From the NCBI RefSeq assembly GCF_900105015.1, contig NZ_FNLK01000014.1:120001-152000 (forward strand): a DNA stretch of 32,000 nucleotides, in the 5' to 3' direction. Below are positions 6,993 to 15,166 of this stretch, in pieces. Numbering within the stretch: position 1 is the first letter of the stretch; every line of letters begins with the position of its first letter. The translations under genes and the position numbers were made by a program. The notes under the pieces were generated by a model. It saw nothing but the letters and a program-made list of their open reading frames with translations. It ran no database searches and was not told the DNA's origin. Origin of the DNA: Schaalia meyeri. Its GTDB lineage: Bacteria; Actinomycetota; Actinomycetes; Actinomycetales; Actinomycetaceae.

Positions 6993-8495
6993 ATGGCAAC
7001 CCCTACTCCCGATGACATCGCTAACGATGTCCGCCAACGCTCGAATACTCAGCTCAAGCGAGGCCTGGCATCGCGCCATATGCAGATGATTGCGATCGGC
7101 GGAGCGATCGGCACCGGCCTGTTTCTGGCGTCCGGTGCGACTGTAGCGAACGCCGGCCCGGGTGGCGCCTTGGTCGCATACGCCGCCATCGGCATCATGG
7201 TGCTACTGCTCATGCAATCGCTGGGCGAGATGAGCGCCCATCAGCCGGTCGCGGGGTCTTTCCAGACGTTCGCCACGAAATTCATCTCGCCATCCTTTGG
7301 CTTCGCGATGGGCTGGAACTACTGGTTCAACTGGGCGGTGACGGTTGCCGCTGACCTGGTGGCCTCCGGCTTGGTCATGGCGTACTGGTTCCCGACCGTC
7401 CCCTCGTGGGTGTGGGCGGTCGGCTTCCTGATCATCGTCGTCGGATTGAATGCGCTCTCCGCGCGCGTCTACGGGGAGGCGGAGTTTTGGCTGGCTGCGA
7501 TCAAGGTCGTCATCGTCGTCGTTTTTGTCATCTCGGGCGTTTTCATGATCGCTGGAGTCATGGGGACGAACTCGCCCGGCTTATCGAATTGGACGAGTGG
7601 GGACGCACCCTTCCACAACGGGTTTACCGGCATTATCGCGGTCTTTATGATCGCTGGCTTCTCGTTCCAGGGGACCGAGCTGGTGGGCGTCGCGGCTGGC
7701 GAGTCCGAGAACCCTCACAGGGATGTCCCGCGCTCGATTCGCACGGTGTTCTGGCGCATTATGTTCTTTTACATCGGTGCGATCGCGGTCATTGGGACGT
7801 TGCTGCCGTACACGGATCCGAGCCTGCTGAGCGCCGCCGACGACACGGCGAACAACGTTGCACAGTCGCCCTTTACGCTCGTCTTTGCTCGCATGGGAAT
7901 CGGCGCGGCGGCGGCCGTCATGAACGCCGTCATCCTCACGTCGATCCTGTCCGCCGGAAACTCCGGACTATACGCGGCCTCGCGCATGCTGCACTCAATG
8001 GCGCTCAAGGGGCAGGCGCCCGCCCTCTTCGCCCGCGTCACCAAAGGCGGCGTACCCGGCTATGCGATGGCGGTGACGACGGTGGTAGCTGCCTGCGGCT
8101 TCCTGACCCAGCTCGTTTTCGAGGACGCATACACCTGGTTGGTCAACATCGTCGGTATCTCAGGGATCATCATGTGGTTGGGGATAGCGGTCAGCCACAT
8201 CCGTTTCCGGCGCGCGTACCTTCTTCAGGGGAACCTGCTGGAGGACCTGCCCTATCGTTCCCCCTTCTTCCCGGCGGGCCCAATCATCGCCTTCGTCATG
8301 TGCCTGGTGGTGATGGCTGGGCAGAACTATGAGGCGGTCCTGCACGGGCAGGTCTGGGAGGTGGCCTCCTCCTACATCGGTCTGCCGCTATTCGCGCTCG
8401 TGTGGTGGGGCTACCATATTGCCCGCCAGGATCGAGTGGTCTCCCTGGAGGAGATGGACGTGGCGGGCGTCGAGATAGAGCCGGTCTCCCGTTAG
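6993..8495 (+). CDS. APC-superfamily amino acid permease (LysP/AroP-like, 12 TM)
   Basis: LKRGLASRHMQMIAIGGAIGTGLFLASG, GPGGALVAYAAIGIMVLLLMQSLGEMS, FGFAMGWNYWFNW, FSFQGTELVGVAAGESENP and NSGLYAASRMLHSMA are classic amino-acid permease (AA_permease) motifs. Substrate cannot be assigned from sequence. Confidence 0.9.
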   Translation: MATPTPDDIANDVRQRSNTQLKRGLASRHMQMIAIGGAIGTGLFLASGATVANAGPGGALVAYAAIGIMVLLLMQSLGEMSAHQPVAGSFQTFATKFISPSFGFAMGWNYWFNWAVTVAADLVASGLVMAYWFPTVPSWVWAVGFLIIVVGLNALSARVYGEAEFWLAAIKVVIVVVFVISGVFMIAGVMGTNSPGLSNWTSGDAPFHNGFTGIIAVFMIAGFSFQGTELVGVAAGESENPHRDVPRSIRTVFWRIMFFYIGAIAVIGTLLPYTDPSLLSAADDTANNVAQSPFTLVFARMGIGAAAAVMNAVILTSILSAGNSGLYAASRMLHSMALKGQAPALFARVTKGGVPGYAMAVTTVVAACGFLTQLVFEDAYTWLVNIVGISGIIMWLGIAVSHIRFRRAYLLQGNLLEDLPYRSPFFPAGPIIAFVMCLVVMAGQNYEAVLHGQVWEVASSYIGLPLFALVWWGYHIARQDRVVSLEEMDVAGVEIEPVSR

Positions 8496-8611
8496 CCTCG
8501 CGCGAGGCCGGGCCGGTCTTGCCGCCAGCGGGTCGGTGCGCGTCTTGTCACCCCTGCGGGGTGCTCGGCGTGGCGGAGCGGCGTCGGCACGCCGCTCCAT
8601 AGGATGGGCGC

Positions 8612-9226
8612 ATGACCAAGACGCGACGCATCCTTGCACAGGCCGCACTGTCCGCCCTCGTCGTGGGGGTGGGCGCATGTTCCCCGAAGGACGCTCAGCC
8701 GGATGGGGCGGGCGCGGCTTCGTCGGCACCCCCGGGCGCCTCTGCTTCCTCGAGCGGGGCCGCGTCCCAGAGCGGGATGAAAGGCGAGGGCAACCAAGCA
8801 CCCGATGTGAACGTCACCGACGACGAGCTCCGCTGCGACGCGGCGAACTTCCAGCCCGCAGTCGACAGCGTTCAGGAGGCGGGAGGCACCTCCTACGTTG
8901 ATCTGGTGTTCACGAACAACGGGCCCGCGTGCTGGATCAGCGGATTCCCGCAGATTGTTTTCTCCGCCGGAGGGACCACCATGTCGTCTGCTGTGCACGA
9001 CGGTGAGGATCCCGGGAACGTCTATACCGTCGCAGGGGGCGGACGCGTCGGCGTCACCTTGACGGCCGAAGCATTGGATGGGATCGAGGGCTGCACGCCA
9101 GGGGAAGCGGACCTGATCGACATCACGGCCGAGGGGGGCGGTGGCTCGGCCTCTCTGCAGCTCTCGCTGCGCGTGTGCCGGGAGATACCGTCGGTCGCGG
9201 TCAGTTCCTTCGAGCCGCGCCCTTGA
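8612..9226 (+). CDS. Lipoprotein with DUF4232-like domain
   Basis: Signal peptide with lipobox: MTKTRRILAQAALSALVVGVGAC|S. The mature part has the Cys...TNxGxxxCxxxGxP pattern (LRCDAANF...VDLVFTNNGPACWISGFPQIVF) that I associate with DUF4232. Confidence 0.7.
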   Translation: MTKTRRILAQAALSALVVGVGACSPKDAQPDGAGAASSAPPGASASSSGAASQSGMKGEGNQAPDVNVTDDELRCDAANFQPAVDSVQEAGGTSYVDLVFTNNGPACWISGFPQIVFSAGGTTMSSAVHDGEDPGNVYTVAGGGRVGVTLTAEALDGIEGCTPGEADLIDITAEGGGGSASLQLSLRVCREIPSVAVSSFEPRP

Positions 9227-9358
9227 GATAGCTCGGGTGCGGGAAGGGAAATACCGCCCGCGAACAAGCCTGGGACCGTTGCTTGGTGACGCGGTGTCAC
9301 TGACGCCCATCGTGCAGTGTCCTAGAATGACAGCCGACGATAACTGAGGAGGTAGTGC

Positions 9359-11578
9359 GTGTCTGGAATGGAACCGTACGACGCGATCATGCTGCTGTCC
9401 TACGGCGGCCCAAACGGCATGGAGGACGTGCTGCCGTTTATGCGCAACGCGACGCGTGGGCGAGGCATTCCGGACGAACGCCTGTTGCAGGTGTCCAAAC
9501 ATTACGAGCGTTTCGGCGGCGTGTCGCCCATCAACGCCTGCAATCAGCGCCTCATCGCCGACCTGAAGGGGGAGCTTGCGCGGCGCGGGCACGATATCCC
9601 GGTCGGTTGGGGCAATCGCAACTGGCACCCCTTCGTTTCCGAGGGGCTGGAGGAGCTTGCCTCCGTCGGCGCTCGCCGCATCCTGGTCCTGCCCACATCG
9701 GCCTACGCGTCCTATTCGGGCTGCAGGCAGTACCGCGAAGACCTTGCCCGAGCTGCTGTTTCCCTGGGAGGACGCTTCGGTCCTATCGCCCTGGGGGCGG
9801 AGGATTCTGCCGATAATTCGGGGGAACGCATCATCGTGGACAAGGTTCGCCCCTACTACTCGACCCCCGGGATGGCGGCTGCGCAGGTGTCCTCGATCCT
9901 GCGGGCCGTGCGGGCACTTGAGGCCAGGGGAGTGGACGCTTCCGGCGTGCGCCTGGTGTTTGTGACTCACTCGATTCCGGTCGGCATGGAGGCGGAATCC
10001 TCGCCCTTCCCTTTCGCCCTCGACCAGGCCGACCCGGGCTCCGGCCTTGCCGAAGGGCTCCCGGATCCCTCGTCCGTTTCACAAGAGGGGACAGCCGGCA
10101 CGGAAATCAGCTACGTTGCCCAGCACCGTGCCCTCGTCGAAGCGATCCTGCCCGACCTGCGCGTCGCCCTCGGTAATCCCAGCCTGACCTACGATCTCGC
10201 ATTCTGTTCACGTTCGGGGCCGCCTGAAGCGCGTTGGCTTGAACCCGACATTAACGACCTCTTGGAAAACCTGGTTCCCGAGAACTCTGTCGCGCAATGC
10301 GATGGGTCCCCGGCCTCGTCTGTGGGGGAGCGGCCCAGTGGCGTTGTCGTCGTCCCGATCGGCTTTATCTGCGATCACATGGAAGTGGTCTACGATCTGG
10401 ATACAGAAGCGAAGGAAACCGCGAGCCGTCTGTGCATCCCATACGAGCGTGCAGACACCGTCTCGACCGACCCCGACTTTGTGGCCTCCTTGGTGGATGT
10501 CCTCGAAGAGCGTGCCGCGCAGGCACGAGGGGAAACTCCCGTGCGTCGAACAGTCACCGGGATGGGACCCTTCCATACCGTGTGTCCGCCCGACTGCTGC
10601 CGAGCGCCCGCACCCCCGCACCTTTCTGGCTCACCCGCGCGGGCGGCCGAGAAAGCAATCCAGATTCAGGAGGAAGATATGACCACGCCGAACACACACC
10701 CGACGGGTACCCACCCGACCGTACCCCACCGCACGGCTGTGCCGGCAGACCAGAACCCTCAAAACCCGGGCTATCCGGCTGGCGTCCCGGACCGTCCCGG
10801 CGAACACGCTGCCCACGCCGTCGCGCACCACCGGGGAAGCGAAGCCCCCGCGCGCTTCCACGCTGCTGACCCACGCGATCAGACGGACATCGACTTCGAT
10901 GAGGTCAACGATAAACAACACTACGCGCTTTACTCGGCGTTTAGCCTGGCCGATTCTCTGCCCGCTAACGACGACGAGCGCGGCCGCATGGTCGAAGAGT
11001 CGTTGGACTACGTGCGCGCATCCGGGGCAGAGATCCGCGGCTTCTACGACGTATCGGGCTTCCGCGCCGAGGCGGACCTGCTGGTCTGGTGGCTCGATGA
11101 CGACCCTCGTGTCCTCCAGGACGCATACCACCGACTTCGCGCTTCCGCCCTGGGTAAAATCCTTGACCCGGTGTGGAGCTGCATGGGCCTCCACACGCCG
11201 GCGGAGTTTAACCGCCGCCACATTCCCGCCTGCTTCGGGGGTGTCGCTCCACGTGACTGGGTGATGGTTTACCCCTTTGTGCGCTCCTATGACTGGTACC
11301 TGAAGGACCCCGCCGAGCGTTCCCGCATCATGGCGGAGCATGGGCGTAACGGCTTCTCCCAGTACCCCGACGTCAAGGGATCCACCCTGTCCGCATTTGG
11401 TTTCTCGGATTACGAATGGGTTCTTGCATTCGAGGCTGATACGCTAGACCGGCTGGAAGGAGTCATACACGCGCAGCGCTATACAGAGGCGCGCCTGTAC
11501 GTGCGTGAAGACACCCCTTTCTTCACCGGTCCTCGCGTGACTCTCGCGCAGTGGGCCGAGCATCAACCACGATCCTAA
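9359..11578 (+). CDS. hemH-hemQ: Fused coproporphyrin ferrochelatase (HemH/CpfC) and coproheme decarboxylase (HemQ/ChdC), 739 aa
   Basis: N-terminal half: YDAIMLLSYGGPNGMEDVLPFMRN..., VSKHYERFGGVSPIN and PIGFICDHMEVVYDLD are ferrochelatase motifs. C-terminal half: HYALYSAFSL..., FYDVSGFRAEADLLVWW, WVMVYPFVRSYDWYLKDPAERSRIMAEHG and YEWVLAFEADTLDRLEGVIHAQRYTEARLYVREDTPFFTG match the chlorite-dismutase-like HemQ family. It is one uninterrupted frame. GTG 9359 lies 6 nt after GAGGAGG, and ATG 9368 is an alternative start. Confidence 0.9.
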   Translation: MSGMEPYDAIMLLSYGGPNGMEDVLPFMRNATRGRGIPDERLLQVSKHYERFGGVSPINACNQRLIADLKGELARRGHDIPVGWGNRNWHPFVSEGLEELASVGARRILVLPTSAYASYSGCRQYREDLARAAVSLGGRFGPIALGAEDSADNSGERIIVDKVRPYYSTPGMAAAQVSSILRAVRALEARGVDASGVRLVFVTHSIPVGMEAESSPFPFALDQADPGSGLAEGLPDPSSVSQEGTAGTEISYVAQHRALVEAILPDLRVALGNPSLTYDLAFCSRSGPPEARWLEPDINDLLENLVPENSVAQCDGSPASSVGERPSGVVVVPIGFICDHMEVVYDLDTEAKETASRLCIPYERADTVSTDPDFVASLVDVLEERAAQARGETPVRRTVTGMGPFHTVCPPDCCRAPAPPHLSGSPARAAEKAIQIQEEDMTTPNTHPTGTHPTVPHRTAVPADQNPQNPGYPAGVPDRPGEHAAHAVAHHRGSEAPARFHAADPRDQTDIDFDEVNDKQHYALYSAFSLADSLPANDDERGRMVEESLDYVRASGAEIRGFYDVSGFRAEADLLVWWLDDDPRVLQDAYHRLRASALGKILDPVWSCMGLHTPAEFNRRHIPACFGGVAPRDWVMVYPFVRSYDWYLKDPAERSRIMAEHGRNGFSQYPDVKGSTLSAFGFSDYEWVLAFEADTLDRLEGVIHAQRYTEARLYVREDTPFFTGPRVTLAQWAEHQPRS

Positions 11579-11588
11579 GGAGACACTC

Positions 11589-11939
11589 ATGGGCATGCGT
11601 ACGACAACGCAATCATTCCAGATTAACCAGCCGTACGAACAGTTGTTCCATGCGGCAGCGTCGGCCGTTCAGGCGATCGATAAGGCCACTTTGACCAACG
11701 CCGACATGAACGGCCGCGTCGTCACGTTTGAAACACCGATGGGCATGTTCTCGTGGGGTGAGCGCGTCGTCGTCGGCTTCATCCCCGTCGAGGAAGGCAC
11801 TGTCCTCGAGATCACGTGCTCCACGAAGGGCCTGCCGAACCTCCTGCAGGATAGCCGCAACCGTTCGATGAATGCGCGCTTTATCACCGCGCTGTCGAAC
11901 CTGGTCCAGGCCCCCGCCACCGAGGTGGCCAGGTCCTGA
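11589..11939 (+). CDS. Hypothetical protein (116 aa), probably co-transcribed with hemH-hemQ
   Basis: ATG lies 10 nt after the hemHQ stop and is preceded by AAGGAGA. Amino-acid composition looks protein-like. No family recognised. Confidence 0.6.
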   Translation: MGMRTTTQSFQINQPYEQLFHAAASAVQAIDKATLTNADMNGRVVTFETPMGMFSWGERVVVGFIPVEEGTVLEITCSTKGLPNLLQDSRNRSMNARFITALSNLVQAPATEVARS

Positions 11940-11953
11940 CGCCTCTTTTCCGT

Positions 11954-11993
11954 GACGGATCCCCGGTCTCGCGTGCAAGGCCGGGGATCCGTC
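11954..11993. terminator. Strong hairpin between convergent genes (end of the hemHQ operon and end of the islet operon)
   Basis: gacggatccccgg (11954-11966) is the perfect complement of ccggggatccgtc (11981-11993). 13-bp stem, 14-nt loop. Confidence 0.6.
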
Positions 11994-12024
11994 TGCGGTG
12001 GGCGTCCCCGCGCAGGGGAATGCT

Positions 12025-12486
12025 CTAGGCAAGGGGGCTGTTCGGGTCGCCCGGAGGGTACCTTTGAAGGTACTGGCGTTGCAGCTCTTCGAGGAGCTCG
12101 CGGTTCATGTCCTTGAAGGGGTTGCGCCAGCCCTCCTGGTGTAGCTCAAACCCGCACGAGAGGGAGATATCGATGGGGATGCGGTCTTCCGCCAGCGGGG
12201 GAAGCTCGTCAATGGGGGTGCCCGTCGTGAGCGCGCACAGGAAACGGAAGTCCTGCTCGTTGCGCTCCCGGTTGATGCGCCTGATCCTGGTGGCCTCCCG
12301 GATAGCGTCCGTTATCTCGTGGATGTCGTTGATGGCCTCCGCATCCTCGGGGTGGTCCGCGGCCATACTGCGCGGGTAGGCGGCCGCGCAGGCTTCCAGC
12401 GTGGCCAGTTCCTGGTCCGTCGGAATCGGGATACTCAGGGCGCAGGCGAGGTTGCCCAGTGCTGCGAGGAGATGTTCGGCGGACAT
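12025..12486 (-). CDS. Hypothetical protein (153 aa), translationally coupled to the upstream S8-like gene
   Basis: ATG (complement of 12484-12486) lies 3 nt after the TGA of the upstream gene (12490-12492). The protein is acidic and probably helical (…EDAEAINDIHEITDAIREATRIRRINRERNEQDFRF…). No signal peptide or TM segment. No family recognised. Confidence 0.6.
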   Translation of the reverse strand: MSAEHLLAALGNLACALSIPIPTDQELATLEACAAAYPRSMAADHPEDAEAINDIHEITDAIREATRIRRINRERNEQDFRFLCALTTGTPIDELPPLAEDRIPIDISLSCGFELHQEGWRNPFKDMNRELLEELQRQYLQRYPPGDPNSPLA

Positions 12487-12489
12487 GAT

Positions 12490-13323
12490 TCACCAGTGGT
12501 ATCGGGGGCTGGTTGCGGTGTGGGTGGGGTGGATGTTCGTGGCGGCTTTTAGCTGATTCTCGTCCAGGCCGCGGTACGCGTAGGAGGAGTCTCCTTCTAT
12601 CTCGGAAGGGCTGGTGAGGCCGTCCGCGTACTGCTGGACCTCCTCCGCAGTTGGGGAGGTGGCGCGGCCCCTGGCCTTGTCCACCAGGGGGTTCTCGTCG
12701 GGGCACTGGGGCGGATCAATGTTGAGCATCGCGCCGATGCCCACGCCCCCCGACCACCTGTCGAGGGAGTTAGTTGAGAAGACATCATCACCATTGTTTC
12801 CCGCGCCGACAACGACGAGTACCCCTTTGCTCAGGGCGTGAGCCATAGCCCATTTGATATCGCTTGAACCAGTTTCAGAGATACTGATGAGCTGGGCGCC
12901 ATCCTTGATTACACGGTTTATCGCTGCCGCGTGTCCCGCCATAGCGCTTCCGTGCTTATCCCGGCAGTCATCACCTCGTATGTCCCCAGTCTTCGTTATC
13001 GCTGTCCGGTATGTCAATACCGATGCCTGGGGTGCTACCCCGTATGCAGGTGAGGCGAGAACTGAGGCGACGGCGGTGCCGTGTCTCTTGCTCGTCAGGC
13101 TGGATGCGATGGCGCAGGGGATTTTGTCGGTGAAAGACGGGCTGGTGAGCTCGGGGGCGCCGGTGTCGCCCTGGCCGGGGTAGCCTTTGGCTCTGGTGTG
13201 AATGAGGTGGTAGGAGTCGTAGTAGGGCTGGTGGGCTGCCGTGATGGTGTTGGCGGTGCGCGTGTTTACCATTGGCGGGGGTCCCATCCGTCGTCTTTTC
13301 GTGCGGAACAGATCGTCGCTCAC
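12490..13323 (-). CDS. Divergent, compact subtilase (peptidase S8)-like protein without signal peptide
   Basis: GTG start lies 5 nt after a perfect AGGAGG. S8 landmarks appear in the correct order and spacing: DTG (about aa 53-55), RHGTAVASVLAS (His box, about aa 80-91), GVAPQASVLTY, and GVLVVVGAGNNGDD (oxyanion Asn, about aa 176). There is no canonical GTSxAxP. The only Ser-box candidate is GDSSYAY at about aa 245-251. No N-terminal signal or propeptide. Confidence 0.7.
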   Translation of the reverse strand: MSDDLFRTKRRRMGPPPMVNTRTANTITAAHQPYYDSYHLIHTRAKGYPGQGDTGAPELTSPSFTDKIPCAIASSLTSKRHGTAVASVLASPAYGVAPQASVLTYRTAITKTGDIRGDDCRDKHGSAMAGHAAAINRVIKDGAQLISISETGSSDIKWAMAHALSKGVLVVVGAGNNGDDVFSTNSLDRWSGGVGIGAMLNIDPPQCPDENPLVDKARGRATSPTAEEVQQYADGLTSPSEIEGDSSYAYRGLDENQLKAATNIHPTHTATSPRYHW

Positions 13324-13591
13324 GCGCGCCTCCTGTGGATGTGGTCCCCGCGAAGACGAGCTCTGCGGGATGATGACGGATCAGGGCAAGCATATTCCGA
13401 AACGCAAAATTGGACAAAGCATGTCCATGGCGTTTACCGAACTATGTCCGATGAATCGGGGACGTGGGGCTTGGAGGGCCATCAGACAAATGCCTTGGTG
13501 TCACACGTGAAAGAATCGGCACGGCCTTTTGGGAGGCGCCGGTTGTGTTCCCATGGAAGCGGGCATCGTGGTCCCGAGGCGCGGGTTTGGG

Positions 13592-14044
13592 ATGGTCACC
13601 CTCATCCGTGAACCGGATCCATCTGAACAGTGCTCTGAGGTGGAAGCCGTGATCCTTAACGACCAAGGGATCGATAAGTCCTACGTAGCAACGGAAAGTC
13701 CTGTCTACGAAGGAGACATCATCGAGTTTCCTGATCCGCGTGGTGGCACGATGCAGTTTTTCGCTGAAAAGGTCGTTATCAACGATCTGCCCAACGGTCC
13801 CTTTGCTGATATGGCTGACACAGAAGTTTACCTCAGCAAGGAGTTGTCGCCACGCAAGGCTCCAGTGAGGCGAATCAGCTTTGAGGGGTTGCATCCTGCG
13901 GTGGTAGAGGCAAGCGCAGGCATGTTCGCTGATGGCCATTTCAGTCAGGCTGTGGGCGAAGCCTTCAAGTCAGTCGAGGTTCGGGTTTGTCGAGTTCTTC
14001 CCGGTAGTGGCGATAGGCGGCTTGCCGGTTGTCGAGGTCGCTGA
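13592..14044 (+). pseudogene. Truncated Hypoth_Ymh / TIGR02391-like gene; the C-terminal domain breaks off after about 30 residues
   Basis: …ISFEGLHPAVVEASAGMFADGHFSQAVGEAFKSVEVRV matches the start of the TIGR02391 domain as I remember it (LHP.I...a..lf.dGhY..AV.eAfK.lE.rvr). After about 13988 the frame reads CRVLPGSGDRRLAGCRGR* and no frame continues the domain. The start is uncertain (ATG 13592; the track ORF begins at 13529). Confidence 0.5.
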
Positions 14045-14383
14045 TCTGGGTGCGGTGGCGATGGGGCACCTGGGTATTTTCGCCCTTTCGTTCGGTTGAT
14101 ACATCGGGTTGTTCTCCCTGCTGCTCATGGTGGTCGCGGCCGTTTTCCAGGCCCTGGGGCTGAAGAAGTCCCAGGGTGGAGCCGCAGGCTCCCAGCCGGG
14201 AAGGGCACTCCGGCGCAGTCCCCGCTCTCGCCAGCGTACTGCGCACCCGGGCGAACACCTTGCCGCCTCACGGGCTCCGCCCCGGGCGCTTCCGCAAGGT
14301 CACCTGCGTCCCGTCGGAACCAGGATGTCTGTGGTGCGGCGCAACAGGTTCGGGCGCGCCTCGTCGGGGCTGCGCGATGAGCA

Positions 14384-14437
14384 TTGACACGAAGGGGGGA
14401 AGCGCAGTATAGTCACTATTACCGACTGACGGTCGGT
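14384..14437 (+). promoter_or_regulatory. Near-consensus promoter plus palindromic operator upstream of the TetR/ABC operon
   Basis: TTGACA (14384-14389), an 18-nt spacer, then TATAGT (14408-14413). The inverted repeat ACCGAC-tgacg-GTCGGT (14421-14437) lies just downstream of the -10 element, where a TetR repressor would block transcription. Confidence 0.6.
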
Positions 14438-14485
14438 CGGTTGATTCGTCCCAGCGGGCTCGCCGCACCCTCCTACGGAGCAGAT

Positions 14486-15166
14486 ATGACACCCAAACCC
14501 CGTTCCACCAAGGCGGCGTCATCGCGCCGCGCGGAGATCCTCGACACGGCGCAGCGTCTATTCGTCGCCAAGGGATTCCAGAACACATCCGTCGAAGACG
14601 TCATCGCCGAGATCGGGATCGCTAAAGGCACCCTCTACTACCACTTTTCCTCCAAGGATGAGATCCTGCGGGCCCTCATCGACCGGACGACCCAGCAGGT
14701 CGCCTCGGACGCCAGGGCCCTTGCCGAGGGGCCGGGCGGTGCGATCGGCAAGTTCGTCGCCGTGGCCGCCACCAGTCGTGTCGAACAGCCCGAGCGCGAA
14801 CTTGCCGAGGAGCTCCACGCCAGTGGCAACGCGCAGTTCCACATCCTCACGATCGTCGAGATGGTCCGCGCCCTCGCGCCCATTCTCACCGACGTCGTGG
14901 AACAGGGGATCGCGGAAGGGGTGTTCTCCACCCCCCACCCCCGCGAAGCCGTCGAGATCCTTCTCACCAGTGCGGGCATGCTGCTGGATGAGGGCATCTT
15001 CACCGGCGACCACGAGGAGCTGGCGCGGCGGACCCGTGGGATCCTCCACGCTGCTGAGACACTGCTTGGCTGCGAACCCGGAGCCCTCGCCTCCGCGGCC
15101 GCGGGCGGCTCCCAGCCGCTTCCCCATACCAATGCGGAGGCACCCCAGTGCTGCTCAGACTCCTGA
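14486..15166 (+). CDS. TetR/AcrR family transcriptional regulator
   Basis: RRAEILDTAQRLFVAKGFQNTSVEDVIAEIGIAKGTLYYHFSSKDEIL is a canonical TetR_N helix-turn-helix. I chose the ATG at 14486 (ACGGAG SD). The track start 14384 is the TTG of the -35 hexamer. Confidence 0.9.
   Translation: MTPKPRSTKAASSRRAEILDTAQRLFVAKGFQNTSVEDVIAEIGIAKGTLYYHFSSKDEILRALIDRTTQQVASDARALAEGPGGAIGKFVAVAATSRVEQPERELAEELHASGNAQFHILTIVEMVRALAPILTDVVEQGIAEGVFSTPHPREAVEILLTSAGMLLDEGIFTGDHEELARRTRGILHAAETLLGCEPGALASAAAGGSQPLPHTNAEAPQCCSDS

Noticed and set aside
11981-11990. The same 10-mer CCGGGGATCC occurs in two unrelated convergent-gene hairpins (11981-11990 and 27677-27686), a possible dispersed REP-like element
   Set aside because: There are only two copies in 32 kb, and the surrounding stem sequences differ. 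A GC-rich 10-mer within palindromes can recur by chance. Genome-wide counting is needed before calling it a repeat family.
13965-14258. 97-aa reverse-strand ORF (…PHRHRTQISDLDNRQAAYRHYREELDKPEPRLT) as a transposase or IS remnant
   Set aside because: The resemblance to IS481/IS3 N-termini (…RYREEG…) is only vague. There are no inverted repeats, no DDE motif and no HTH I can recognise. I kept it only as part of the junction-scar finding, not as a feature.
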